Source: Octopus vulgaris
Lineage: Eukaryota
Direction of reading: 5' to 3'
DNA length: 64,000 nt
Assembly: GCA_951406725.2 (NCBI GenBank)
Contig: OX597817.1
Span: 115,568,001 to 115,632,000, forward strand
Each line of letters begins with the position of its first letter. Within the stretch, counting starts at the first letter, position 1. A program made the position numbers and the translations under genes. Positions 39,558 through 52,727 of the stretch are shown in pieces. The notes under the pieces are model-generated. The model did not search any database. It saw only the letters and a program-made list of their open reading frames with translations, and had not been told where the DNA came from.

Positions 39558-42500
39558 AACATACTCCTTCACTTTGTATTTCGCATGTACCAAAGAAAAT
39601 TATATGAGTAATAATGGTCGCTTTATCTAAATATAAGCAAAACAAAAGTTGATATGCTTATAGTAATGAAATGATAAGATAATCAGTTTGAGACTCTCTA
39701 AATATTTACAAAGTCAATAAACCATTATTCACGTGAAACGATATAAGAGACATTTTAGAATAATGTCTTTCCATTGCATAAATAATTCCATCTTACAAGA
39801 AATTGTGCCCGCATTTAAAGTGTGGGAGACCAAAAGTGTGATTCACAATTAGCAAAGATAACCTTTTCAAATGATAACTTCTCCATAAATGTTGTTTTTG
39901 TTGTTGCAAGATTTGTAACGGCTGGGCTGTATATTTTAAGTGAAGGGAACACGTGGTACGAATGATATAATCAACTGTTACCCACATCTCTCAGGCCCCC
40001 GATTAATGAAAAGGAACTTCGCATTCATGATATGCCATTCCTCAAGAACGTAATAATCTTTGTTACTTTTTGCTTAGTACAAAATTTTGTTTCTTTTGAC
40101 AGATGAGGAAACATTTTAAACTTTATGTTATTTGGTATTATCAATGAGGTAAATAATAATAAATGCCTTCAAAAGTAGTTTGAAGATGTGTTGTGTATGC
40201 GTAGCTTCTGGAAATCTTAACTTTAGCTATACTTTGGTCGTCAATTTCTTTGCTGAATTATTTTAACAGTGGTAGATCAGGCTACTGAGATTTAGACGTG
40301 TAATTATCTTTATATTACATAACATCACTGATGTTATAACCAAACTGACATTGGCCTGCATGTGTTGGTAGGTAGAATCTCTGTCAGTTAATTATAATCT
40401 GAGCTTATTGTCTCTATGTTTGCATTACCGAAATATAAGTTTTCGATATATTCCAAAGCCAAAGAAATTGAGGCTGGATTGCAGGTATTATTCCTAAGGG
40501 AGGGACGTCATTGAAACGTCGTTCTGAAATTTAATAGCCTGGTTTTAAGCCACAGTATTAAGTTGAGGAATCTGACTGTGATATAACGACTCTATGAAAA
40601 TTTGATTCCACTTAAGGCATAAAGGAATGACGGAGTTGCATTTTATGCAAACCACAAAAAGTGTTATAAATAGTGATTTCACTTTAATTAGGCTTCAATA
40701 CGTCGGTAAACACGGGATAATTGGATATTATGACATTTATGGCAAATTTTCCTTAAGGGATGAATTCAAAATATTTCAACCGTGAGTTGAATATCTGTCA
40801 TGCTATAGTCTGGCAAATGTTTAACATTTAAGTTTGCATTAGATGTAGAAATATTCATATTGGCACAAATCCCAAATTATTTATGATATAGGTGCAGTCG
40901 ATTGAATCGGCCTCTGTTCATATATTTATTTGTGTTATCGACATCAGAGGAAAGAACATCGAAGTAAAACGTGATTTGATTTGAAGATAAAATGCGTGAA
41001 ATAATTCTGTGAATCATTCGATTTCTGTAAATTTCTCCATGTAGTGCTTTAATTACGTTATATACTTCATAAATGTTTCCTAAAAACATCATATGAATAA
41101 ATAATATTAGTTATATGTGTGAGTGTTTTAGAAATTTTCTATTTCCTAAAATTTTAATTTTTTTATTGTATTTTAATCAATGAAAAACAAAATCAACTAA
41201 TTATAATAAATTTGTTTGGTGTTGTAAAAATTACTCCCATAAAAAAGGATCACAATGTAAGATTAAAATCAATTTCTGATGGCATGACTTCATGATACAT
41301 TTACTATTCCAAGTTGAAAACATATTTTTCATTCGAAGTCGAAACCATATTCATAGCTCTTTCCAAATACCACATTAAATTTTAAAATATCTCTAACTAC
41401 AATACATCAGCATCGATGAATTATTACCATATCGGATTGACGCCAAAAATAGATTGATTTTTGTTGTATGGGCAAATCATGGGTCCATTCAATATTCGTA
41501 AAAACTGTTTTACATATTCCACCACCATAACGTCTACTTTTTCGGGAAATAGTATTTTAGACTGTATAAGAAAAAATTGTTTTAATTTGTGAATGAGGAT
41601 TGTATTAGGCATTTCTACTGACTCTTTCCTTGATATCATTTAGAGAATGAACGAAAAGGATAACGTGAACGTTTCTGCTAAACGTTCAGAAAATCGATTT
41701 TCCAGTTACTAGAACTGACACATGGAAAGGAACAATATATTATCTAAAAATATTTTAAAATGCAATAACTAAATTAGCTAAAATGAGATTGTGACAGTAG
41801 ATTTTCTACTGATTGTTAATGGAGTTATTCGCTTGCCCCTCTCATACAATTAATAGTCCACGCGTATTCAGATAATATAGCAATTATTTTCATTAATATG
41901 ACGCATTTAATGACTTAGTGATTATAGTTGATTAGTTTGTTAAGAGTTTTGAGCAATCCAGCTGTCAATGATAAAGAGGAAAAAATCTATTGTTGCAAAA
42001 CCCACGAGCACAAATAATTTTCTGTTTTAGATCGAAATTAATCTCAAGGTTGTAAATTATTTTCTAATATAATGCATTGTTGGTATGATTTATTGAGACT
42101 GCAGTTAATAATAACTCTATATTATGAGAGAAATATTTAAGTGTTAGTAATTCTTTGTAGGGAATTTACAAAAAACAATATTTGTTAAGTACAGAGGTGC
42201 AGCAAATATATTCCTGCTCTGCAAAAGCCTGAGGAGGGTTATTCAATTTTAGAGCTAAAGCTCGACACATTATAACATTCCGTGTTCATTACATATATTG
42301 ATAAATACAAATTTGGAATTGCATGTATGTATTATGAATATTTTGCTATCCACCTGGATAGAGATTTTAGTACGTTCCTTTTGATATAGTTTATAATTCG
42401 TTATGCATAGCAATGAAATTAGGTAGATATTTGAAAAGAAACAGATATTTTGAAGATAGTAGAAACATACGTATATCTATGTGTAAACATTCACATACAT

Positions 42501-42614
42501 ACATACATACATACATACATACATACATACATACATACATACATACATACATACATACACACACACATCAATCCATCCATCCATCCATACCTACATACAT
42601 ACTTACATACATAT

Positions 42615-43375
42615 GTATCAGAGATGATAGTAACATTGATCATCAAAGCAATCTATCATGGACCAACAATCAGGTTACTACTACCCACTTTGATGGATAT
42701 GCATTCCATGAACAGGAAGTGTTAACCTGATACGAAAAGGGACAGAGATGCAAGAAAAGCAGGAAAGTATGACAACCGATGAAGACTTTGTGGGGTTAAC
42801 ACCGAAGATATCATCAACATCATAAGCAGTTCTCCGAAAATGTCATCACAGTATTATCTACCGATGAGACATTTTGTTATAGCTAGGAATCTGTGCAACG
42901 TGATCCGTCGAATGGATAATCTCGAGGACAAAGAAATAAGAACTCACATTATGGTGGAAGCCATAGCCACTCATAATAAAAAGGAGTACTGGTGGAATGT
43001 CCCCGCGAAAACGTCAATAAAATGTTAAACAATAGACCTGATATAATGATTTGGGACAGAGAAAAGCTGTGAACAGTTGGGGAATTCAGCTGCCCCGAGG
43101 ATGTTAACATAAAGCTGAAGATCAGTGAAAAAAGAATACCTACGCTGAACTATTAAGAAATCTACATTTACTCTATCCATATTACAAGTTAAGTTCAGGT
43201 TCATTTATACCGGTAATTATTGGGGCACTGGGATATGTAGCACACTGCCTAAATACCAATCTTGAGGAATTAGGCTCCTCAAAATCAGAAAGGAGAACGC
43301 TGGTTCGAAGACTACAGGTCCAATCAATCACTGGGACTTTTACATTTGTAAAACGTTCGAGAAGATTATCAGTTA
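42615..43375 (+). mobile_element. R4/Dong-like (restriction-like endonuclease) LINE 3' fragment
   Basis: Translations YYLPMRH, EYWWNVP, NRPDIMIWD, EFSCPEDVNI, YAELLRNL and FIPVIIGALG form the RLE domain signature. Confidence 0.8.
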
Positions 43376-43640
43376 AGTATATATGAGCATGTCTAGATAT
43401 GCATGTATATGCACCAAAAGACATACATAAAACAAAGCATACAATTCTGCACGTATACATATATACATACAAAAATATCCTCTTGTTCATGTTGAAATTT
43501 CGATCAAGGATCTTTGGATCTAAGTAAAAAAGTGGCTCTTTCTCTATTGGTGAAAATATTGAAATAAAACTGGATAATGTCATGCATAGTACATGTATAC
43601 ATACATGCATACATATATAATACATAAATACATACGCAGA

Positions 43641-43930
43641 CGTTTTGGGAGTTTTCGGGAGGGATATTAATTTCAAAGCACTACAGAACTATAAGCTCAT
43701 TCAATGTAGGATTCTTTCACTTCAATGCACTCGTAGCCTCCCAGCCACTTCATGAAGTCCTGATGAAAGTGCTTCCAAGTGAAGGTGTGCACACCCATAG
43801 TAAAGGCCCCCTTCATCGTCTCCTTAACCTTGTGAAACTAGCAAAGGGGACAAGAAACAAGGTATAGATTGCAGAGATGGTGAGGAACAGATTTGATGCC
43901 CATTTCTGTAAAGTAGTTGGTTACTGAGTA
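43641..43930 (-). mobile_element. Mariner 3'-end relic
   Basis: Minus translation ends WLGGYECIEVKESYIE*, matching the mariner C-terminus, followed by a TIR-like end. Confidence 0.5.
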
Positions 43931-44099
43931 GGAATTAAGGACTAGCATGTTGTCCTTCTGTAAGTAACTGACCTTTTGCAATGAAAATTCTTCCTAAACT
44001 CCCCGAAAGCTGTTAAAGGTGAACGTGTCCTGATTAGTGTATTGGAGTGCATCGGCAGTGAAAGAAGAAACATGGCAGAGTATTTTGGTAAACAGTGAA

Positions 44100-44967
44100 C
44101 AAAACCTACTAAATATGCTACTAATGTAGAAGAATTTAATAACAATGGAGTTGAGGATGCTAATAAATTCCGCTAATGAATAGCCAATGAAAGAGAAGAA
44201 ACTCTACTCTGCATGGAAGAACATGGTCAGTTTCATCGTGAAACTAACAAAATAGATCAAGAAGCATCATGGAAGTGGCTGCTCAGCAGAGGTGACCTGA
44301 AAAAGAAGACTGAAAGTCTAAACATAGCTGTCCTGGACCAGGCATTGAATACCAACTTAGTGAAAAAGGATATATACCGTACAAGTGCAACGAACCTCAG
44401 CAGAATGTGTGAAAGGATGATCGAAAGCGTGACTTAAATTTTTAGTGCATGTGAAAGCCATGTGTAGAAAGAGCACGAGCGTATACATTATAAGGTATCT
44501 GAAAGCCTTCACTGGCTACTATCCCGGAAATATGGAGACGTGCTAACGGGTACCTTGTATCAATATAGATATATGTAGGACAAACAAGAGAGCCTAATAA
44601 ACAACGTAGCTCTGCCAGGAGAACAACATTTTATCATGAAAGAAAGAAAACATGTTGATAACTATGGAAACCTGAGAATTTAGATCGCCAAGATGTGGCA
44701 GCTACGAGAGTCAAACATAAAGGTTGTTCGTGTTGTATCGGAGCATTGGGTTCAAAGCTACCCAATTTAAAAAATCATCTGGAAGCTTTATAAATAGCTT
44801 GCAATCTTGGTGTATTGCAAAATTCGGATTTACTTGTAACTGCATGCATACTCTGTAAAGTAATGTCTGTCTTAGGTCCTTGTGACTTGGCAGACAACAC
44901 AACACCTCGGTACACTCAATATCTACAATCTACAGTATAACAACATTGGATACTGTGCGACGTCTTC
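44100..44967 (+). mobile_element. R4/Dong-like LINE 3' fragment ending in (AAT)n
   Basis: ORF 44213-44437 HGQFHRE...SWKWL..GDLKKKTESLNIAVLDQALNTN, decayed CCHC, LHWLLSRKYG and GALGS; ends directly in (AAT)n at 44968-45037. Confidence 0.8.
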
Positions 44968-45040
<73 letters not shown>

Positions 45041-45049
45041 GTAATAATA

Positions 45050-45480
45050 ATAGTGATGAGGAATACGCTCTGGGGTGATGTCAAACAGTAGATTGAACGT
45101 CTAAGAAATAGCAACATGATACCTAGAGAAAATATGACACACCCCAAAACATTTAAGAAACAAGATAGAACAACTGGAAAATTAAACTAATGGATGAGAA
45201 ATATCCCAGTGAAATGAAAGGGAAAAGCAAAACCAACAGATGGGGATGGCTAAGGAAATGTAATCTGAAAGGATGCATTGATCACTGATACACAACTGTC
45301 CAAATAGACAAGAATAGTGAATCAACACTTCATAGGGTACGTGGCAACAAAAGCGAAACCGTCTCACATATTGTGAGTGAGCGTAACAAATTAGCTCAGA
45401 AAGAATAGAAATGGAGACACGATAATATAATTAAGTATGTGCATTGAAGATTGTGTAAAAGGTACGGTCTTGAATACTGC
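45050..45480 (+). mobile_element. Second R4/Dong-like LINE fragment directly after the (AAT)n tract
   Basis: ETVSHIVSERNKLAQKE*KWRHDNIIKYVH*RLCKRYGL near 45355-45470. Confidence 0.75.
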
Positions 45481-46118
45481 ACCTGAAATGATTGATTATT
45501 TTTTTACAATTTCCTCATGCAAGTTTCAATTTTATAAAAATGTGCTACGAGTGTGAAATAGTTCGGAATCTAAGTATGAGACTGCCAAGTATCGTTACCT
45601 GGATACAAAATGCAAAACTTACGGTGTAATATCTATTCAACTACTTCAGCAATTCTCTTGTTAATCTGAAAAAATCTGCCATCATTCTATCTACTTTTAT
45701 CAGTAGGTTCATTAAGATGTAGATACTTTCTCTCTATTTTAGTTATCAGCCAAAATATTTAAGGAGTGCAAATTGTAATACGATTCATCATTACAAAATA
45801 ATAGGACTATTTATAGTCTTAACATTGACCTCTCAGCCTTTTTTTTTATCTTTCTATATATAAATAATCAGACATCATTTTCCCTTCAGTCTATATTTGT
45901 TTTGTTTTTCTCTCAGACCAAACAGATAGATTCGTGACGTTATTTTTATTTTCCTCATTAAAATAACATTCGCCCAAATTGAAAGTTACTATTCTTGTGG
46001 AAGTGGAAACGGCATTTAAATAAAATAGTATACCACAAGTTTAATGATAAGAGAAAAAGAAAGAAATCATCAAGAATTTTCCTTAAGTGTTAGTCTAAAA
46101 CCAAACGAGGGTCTCCAC

Positions 46119-46174
<56 letters not shown>

Positions 46175-46282
46175 TGCACACACATGCGCACGCAAGTACG
46201 CACACACACGCACAGATCTTAAAAATAATTTTCACGTAATTATATATATAAATATCTATATGTGTTCGTGTGTAAATTTGTA

Positions 46283-46670
46283 TTCTTTTATTCTCGAATT
46301 CATTTCAGTCATTTGACTGAGACCATGCTGGAGCACCGCCTTAAGGGGTTTTCGATCAAGAAATCAACTTCAGAACGTATTCTTTGTAAGCTTAGTACTT
46401 ATTCTATCGGTCATTATTGCCGAACCACTTAGTTACATGGACGTAAACAAACCAAGATCGATTATCAAGCAGTGGTGGGAGCGAAACACAAATAAATACA
46501 CACACATATATGTATGTGCGTGTGGGTGGGTGTGTATACTTACGACGAGAGCTTCATTCAGTTCCCGTCTATCAAACGCACTTACAAGGCTTTGGTCAGT
46601 TCGAAGCTATAGTAAAAGACAATTTACCATGTGGTCTGGAAGCAAACTTCTAACCACACAGACATGCCTA
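46283..46670 (-). mobile_element. tRNA-derived SINE family C
   Basis: TTTCAGTCATTTGACTG..CCATGCTGGAGCACCGCC...GCCGAACC...GGAAGCAAACTTCTAACCACACAG; homologous to 49398-49558 and 58095-58411. Confidence 0.8.
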
Positions 46671-47136
46671 CTCCGATATATATATATATGTTTTTGATTC
46701 GTTAAAAAATTGATGACGTTTTTCTTCCGTGGTCAAGCTTGTCGTTCTGCTTGGTTGGTTTCCTTACAGGATACAGTTATGGGTCTTTTCCTTGTATTCG
46801 TTGAAGTTTGGTTTTGATTGGTTTGGAATTATGTGACGTTAGTGAATGAACAGTGCCAGTGAACCCACCACTATTGCTGCTACGATCAACAGTCCTCTAC
46901 TACTGCTACAACCCCAACCACCACTAAGGTTGCCAAAATTACGACCAACAGTAACTGCTGCTAGGACAGCCACAGGTTACTACTACTACGACCAACAACC
47001 ACTACTGTTGCTACTATTGGAACACAAGGTAACAAAGAAGCGGTTCCTTTTGATACCATCAAGAAACAGTGATGAACTTCTTCACTACACTCAACTGTAA
47101 TATAGCAATTATACCAGCTTCCGACAAAACACCACC

Positions 47137-47319
47137 ACATGGATTCTACTGAGACCAGTAAGAAACGATTATGAACTTTTCTATTGCACTTTTTATAATA
47201 TTTTTGATAAGGTTCGTTTTTTCAAGAACATGGATTCTATTGAGACCAGTAAGAAACGATTATGAACTTTTCTATTGCACTTTTTATAATATTTTTGATA
47301 AGGTTCGTTTTTCAAGAAC
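47137..47319 (+). repeat. Tandem duplication, 91-bp unit x2
   Basis: ACATGGATTCTA.TGAGACCAGTAAGAAACGATT...TTCAAGA repeats at 47137 and 47228. Confidence 0.95.
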
Positions 47320-47459
47320 CGAAATGTGTAAAATTCATAAAAAAATTAAAATTTATCTAATATAGTGGCGTTTTCAAACTTCTTTTTTACAAATATATAT
47401 GGCATATTTACATCACGATGTGTTTCTGCTACTGTTGATAACTCACTCTGATATTTATC

Positions 47460-47502
<43 letters not shown>

Positions 47503-47525
47503 GAGCAGACATGTCTGTCTAGTAA

Positions 47526-47580
<55 letters not shown>

Positions 47581-47588
<8 letters not shown>

Positions 47589-48546
47589 ACAATTGAGGGT
47601 AAAATTAATTAGTTATTAATCAATTTCACCAAGTATTCAGTATGTAAAAGGACCATTTAAGGCGAATTCAAAATATTACATTATATAATTAGGGCTTAGT
47701 AAAATAAATTACTTTGCCACATACTGAACTTGATAGAAATAGCAGCCAAAAAAAGGTTTTTTAGCTATTTCTACTACTTAAAGAAAATTTCTCTCAGATA
47801 ATGTTTACTCAAAATAACCCACGAAGGTATGGAGGTAAAATCAGAAAGATATCACAAGTACAAAGATTATTTGAGAAAGTTACGTTTCTAGATTAGCCAA
47901 ATAAAATTCATCATTTCTTTCGTCAGCTCAACATTTCTTAATTTGGATTTGGAAACACTGCAAAGAAGGAACATACCCTTTGGCGACTTATCACCTCAGA
48001 CGACCCGTTCAAACTGCCAGTGCTAACAAATTCAAAATATGCAAGCGAAGAATTCCTGCTCTCCCCTTCCACCCACGTGGGTTAACTAGCAAACATTATA
48101 TTTTAGCGGTGAAAACCGAGGCAATATGACAGAGAGAAATGAATTATAATATCAACAATTGAGGGTAAAATTAATTAGTTATTAATCAATTTCACCAAGT
48201 ATTCAGTATGTAAAAGGACCATTTAAGGCGAATTCAAAATATTACATTATATAATTAGGGCTTAGTAAAATTAGGGCTTAGTAAAATAAATGTTGAGCTG
48301 ACGAAAGAAATACTGAATTTTATTTGGCTAATCTAGAAACGTAACGTTCTCAAATAATCTTTGTACTTGTGATATTTTTCTGTTTTTACCTCCATACCTT
48401 CGTGGGTTATTTTGAGTAAACATTATCTGAGAGAAATGTTCTTTAAGTAGTAGAAATAGCTAAAAAAACCTTTTTTTGGCTGCTATTTCTATCAAGTTCA
48501 GTATGTGGCAAAGTAATTTATTTTACTAAGCCCTAATTATATAATG

Positions 48547-48550
<4 letters not shown>
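47581..48550 (-). mobile_element. Penelope-type non-coding element with tandem and inverted pseudo-LTRs, in (TA)n
   Basis: 48147-48290 directly repeats 47583-47708; 48291-48550 is the inverted copy of about 47675-47933; each arm carries an HHR-like motif. Confidence 0.8.
48293..48353 (+). ncRNA. Hammerhead-like motif (family H4); mirror copy at 47871-47931 (-)
   Basis: TTGAG-CTGACGA-(31 nt, weak stem II)-GAAACG-TAA-CGTT-CTCAA; stem I of 5 bp; GUU triplet. Confidence 0.6.
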
Positions 48551-48591
<41 letters not shown>

Positions 48592-48615
48592 TTTTATTTT
48601 ATCTTATAGAAGGAG

Positions 48616-48662
48616 CTTCTACAGGACTAGAACTGTTTCATTCAGATGAAATCTTCAGGAAG
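48616..48662 (-). ncRNA. Type-I hammerhead ribozyme isolated between TA runs
   Basis: Minus strand: CTTC-CTGAAGA-TTTCATCTGAAT-GAAACAG-TTCTAGTC-CTGTA-GAAG. Confidence 0.7.
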
Positions 48663-49320
48663 ATATATATATATATATAGTGACGTATATTTGCCATTTG
48701 CCTAAGGGTGGATATCATTCTACTGTCTACTGGTATTTTGTTTTAAACAATTTTGCGCCGTTATTCCTGCTTCGAAGCTCTGGGTATTCCGATCATTCAA
48801 ACACTGAACTGCTTTTTACTTGTACGGGCATCCGGCTCTTAAGGAATACATAGCCTGAAATACTTTACAATAATTATAATTTGATTGATGACACACATAG
48901 CTATCACGACCCAAGATATTGCAGATGTATTCTACCAAGATATTGGTGGGCAGAGTGAAATTGAGGAACAAAAAATTTCATTAACGTGTTCTGTTTCGGC
49001 TAATAATACGCAGATCTGCATCCCTAAGTTATCTTTGATTGAGTGTGGTTTGAAGCATCTCAAGCATTGTTTGAGAATATTGTAATAACTTGACGAAAAC
49101 GAAGTTTCAATTATCTAGAATTTCATACATATAGTCGCAGGCGACAGGTCAATTTTTATTTTTAGATATAAATGATGTACTTAAATGTAGTTGTGTTTTT
49201 AGCTTCTGCTTTTTCCATGCTCACAAGAGAGTATTTTATTTATATCCCCTCGTATAAGTGGATAAATCAGTGTATTGACTTTAGAATAAACTTCTTTAGC
49301 CCTTAATTATAAGATATATA

Positions 49321-49396
<76 letters not shown>

Positions 49397-49397
49397 C

Positions 49398-49555
49398 ACG
49401 GCGGGCTTCTTTCAGTTTCTGTCTACCAAATCCACTCACAAGTTTTTTTTGTCGGCCAGAGGCTATAGAAGAAGTCGCTTGCCCAAGGTGCCACGCAGTG
49501 GGACTGAACCCGGAACCATGTGGTTTCTAATCAAGCTACTTACCACACAACCACT

Positions 49556-49558
<3 letters not shown>
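49398..49558 (-). mobile_element. SINE family C, 5' part
   Basis: CGGGCTTCTTTCAGTTTC...CCCAAGGTGCCACGCAGTGGGACTGAACCCGGAACC...TTACCACACA. Confidence 0.85.
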
Positions 49559-49603
<45 letters not shown>

Positions 49604-51603
49604 TGTGTGTGTGTGTATGTGTGTATCTTAGTTATTTGAATTATCTTACAATGTTTTATTAAAGACATTGGCTACTTTTTCTTTTGTAAATTGCATAAGC
49701 TCTATCACTTTGTCTGGACTTTTTGATATCTTTTATAATCATTATATGCCGTAGTGCAACTATCTATCATAGCCTCTGTATGAACAATTTAGCTGTCTCT
49801 GTATATAAACTTCTCTCCTTGAAGATTAAAATTTGCTATGAATAGGTCCGTGTTCTCTTATCCAAACAACATTTTAATTCACCAAATTCTTTGTAAGGGC
49901 TAGTGAATGTTCATGAATTGCTACAGACTCTGATAATGCTTTGCTTATTAAACGTGGAAGTCGAACTAATTCGGTTGCTCGGCTAGAAATAGTAGGTCAA
50001 TTGTAATCATGTCAAGTCCTGATATTTAAAACAAGAAAAACTTATTTCATAATTCCCTATATACTATATCTGATTATATTACAACTGGGACGCTTCTGCT
50101 TATAGCTCTGATCAATCAGGTCTGATCAAGATTAAACTAGCAAAACTGACGCTGATCAATTCCAGATTCTTCTAACAAAAGCAAATTTTCGGTAAAAAAA
50201 TCGTCTGAAAATTCTATTTTAAATTCTAAGCATCGTGTTTTATCTGATTAGATGCTATACTAATAATACAGATAAAAGACGGACGGTCATCAATGGGTTA
50301 ACTGATTTATCCCAATTGCCCATTGATTATGTTTAACAGAAAATATATCAATACAACTCGCTTGGACAAGGCAAAAAATTTGTATGAAAATGATATTGTA
50401 TCCGTCCCTGCTAAATATTTTACGTCGCAAAATAGATGAGATAAAGTCAACCCACACTACTTCCGAACTCACAGTCACATAATCTTGAACTATAAATGGA
50501 GCACTTTTTCACTATATCACCCTACTATAATATTAATAGTTCGCAACACAAAACCTTATTTGAAAAGAATAGACTATGTGAATGATTCCTGTTTCGCTAT
50601 GAAAATAATTTATTCTGTTCTATGTTTTCAGGTGGGAAACCAAATATAGTAATGAATAATTTATCCCTTGAGAAATATTCATATATACTACATAAAATTC
50701 GTTAGACATTATTTGCCTAGCCTCACTATATAACCTGTAAAGAAATTTAAAATAAAATCACTCCTTGTATATAGAAAATTAGCAAATTAAATTAACATTT
50801 TATTCAGAGAATGTTTTTGAGTTAATTTATTTATACTGAAACTGCAAGGAAATCTAGGATGTGTATTTCATTAAATGGAATGTATTTTCCATTATAAACT
50901 CCATCACATATCAGAACATTTAAACCTTTGTAATTAAACATACTAGGATTCTCGTGAGAAATATGCTCTTATATTTAATTTAACGAATCATTTAACTTAT
51001 TTAATTTAGCATTGAATTAATTCAGTGAATCACAAGAACATTTCTGTTTTGGGAGAAAAAGATCACGATAAGAATGATATTTTTTATTCATATTTTATTG
51101 TATACATTTGCTACTTTAAGAAAGCAGTTTACATATATTCAAATTTTATAGCAGAAATTTTGATTAATAAAATTAGCTATCTAGTGAATGAATGACACGA
51201 TGATTTACATTTAAGTTAATTTTGGATTCATTGAAATGCTAACAATCGTTGTTCTTTATCCTAAGGTCAGACCTCATTGAGTAGATCTCTGTTCAAAGGC
51301 GTTCCAGTCTTGACAATTATCTGCTGATCGAGGACCATGTTTACTAATGTGTGCTATTTTAAAAACGTTAGTGATTCAAAGAAAATTTGCTGAATGTAGA
51401 GCGACTGTATAGAGACATCTTTCTTTGACTTGAAATATCAACTGTTCTTCATCCTGATGGGTTATAGTTATTAGTGATCTTCCCGGTGGGACTGAAATAA
51501 CATGAAACCAACAAACGTTGATAAACCATATGAAAGTTAGATGTTGATGAATGCATTGAGAAAATATTTAAAAATAATAATAGATACATTGTAAACATTA
51601 GAC

Positions 51604-51700
51604 CAGTGGTTCCCAGGCTTTTCACAGAGGTTCCCAACAATGGCTCTCAACCCTGTTATTTAAATGCGTTTTCCTACGGATCCCTTTTCATATGCTTATC

Positions 51701-51735
<35 letters not shown>

Positions 51736-52178
51736 TGACAAAATGAGATAAAAAAATCCAAGGCTGTAACTAGTTTTCAGAACATTTATAAAGAAAAAGT
51801 CTTACAGATGTTTCCGGGATATTCTATATATCCGTCTCTGATGAAGGGCTATACAAAATGACTCGGAAACAGCTGTAAGACCTATTCGTTATAAATGTTC
51901 TGAAAACTGCTTACAGCCTTGGATTTTTTTTTATCTCGTTTCTGTCAATTTGTATATATGCATGCTAGTACATGACCGACGTTGGACTTTTCACTCGCAT
52001 TATTATCGAACCTGGAGCTTAACCACGGTCTATCCATAGCTCTTACTTAGCTTACCCGACAGCTTTTGGGTCTTCTTTGACACCAATGCCTCTCATATAT
52101 ATATGAAATTTTGAGTTTAGTTCATGGACCCCAGTACGAGTTTTGAAAACCACCAGGAACCCAGGTTGGGAACCATTG
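51604..52178. mobile_element. hAT-type MITE, interrupted by an H1 ribozyme unit
   Basis: TIRs CAGTGGTTCCCA / TGGGAACCATTG; 8-bp TSD CATTAGAC / TATTAGAC. Confidence 0.8.
51732..52100 (+). mobile_element. Family H1 unit copy 2 with hammerhead at 51834-51881
   Basis: GTCT-CTGATGA-stem II-GAAAC-AGCT-GTA-AGAC; upstream 51732-51816 is the inverted copy of 51864-51952; tail matches 31505-31643; flanked by TA runs. Confidence 0.82.
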
Positions 52179-52427
52179 TATTAGACTCTGAGTAATAGAC
52201 AATTAATAAACTTGAGTATGTAGGTGAATGTTTTTTGAGCCTTATATTACTAAAAATGTCCTTTTCTAGTGGTGATACTTGGATATATAAAATGGTGCAA
52301 TGTTCTCAATATTCTCGCAGATAATGAAACGTTCATCAAATTTCCTTTGTCACTGTTTTATAATATTGAATTATCTCCTTTGACCTCTACTGACAACTCA
52401 GGAATTAAGAATACTAAGTTTCATATT

Positions 52428-52727
52428 GTGGAGGCACATGGCCTAGTGGTTAGAGCAGCGGACTCGCGGTTAAGGGGTTGCGGTTTCGAATCTCAGACCG
52501 GGCAATGTGTGTGTTTATGAGCGAAACACAAGCTCCACGCGGCTCCGGCAGAAGGTAATGGCGAACTTCTGCTGACTCTTTCGCCACAACTTTCTCTCAC
52601 TCTTTCCTCCTGCATCTTGCAGCTCACCTACGACGGACCAGCGTCGCGTCCAGGTGGGGAACATATACGCCAAGGAAACCGGGAAACCGGCCCCATGAGC
52701 CAGGCATGGCTTGAGAAGGAACAAACA
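52428..52727 (+). mobile_element. Full-length tRNA-derived SINE family A
   Basis: A box TGGCCTAGTGG, B box GTTTCGAATC; TSD-like GTTTCATA on both sides. Confidence 0.9.

Noticed and set aside
46846-47100. Thr/Pro/Leu-rich ORF
   Set aside because: Decayed CAA/CTA trinucleotide repeat.
47137-47319. Direct repeats as a CRISPR-like array
   Set aside because: Simple two-unit tandem duplication with no spacers, in eukaryotic context.
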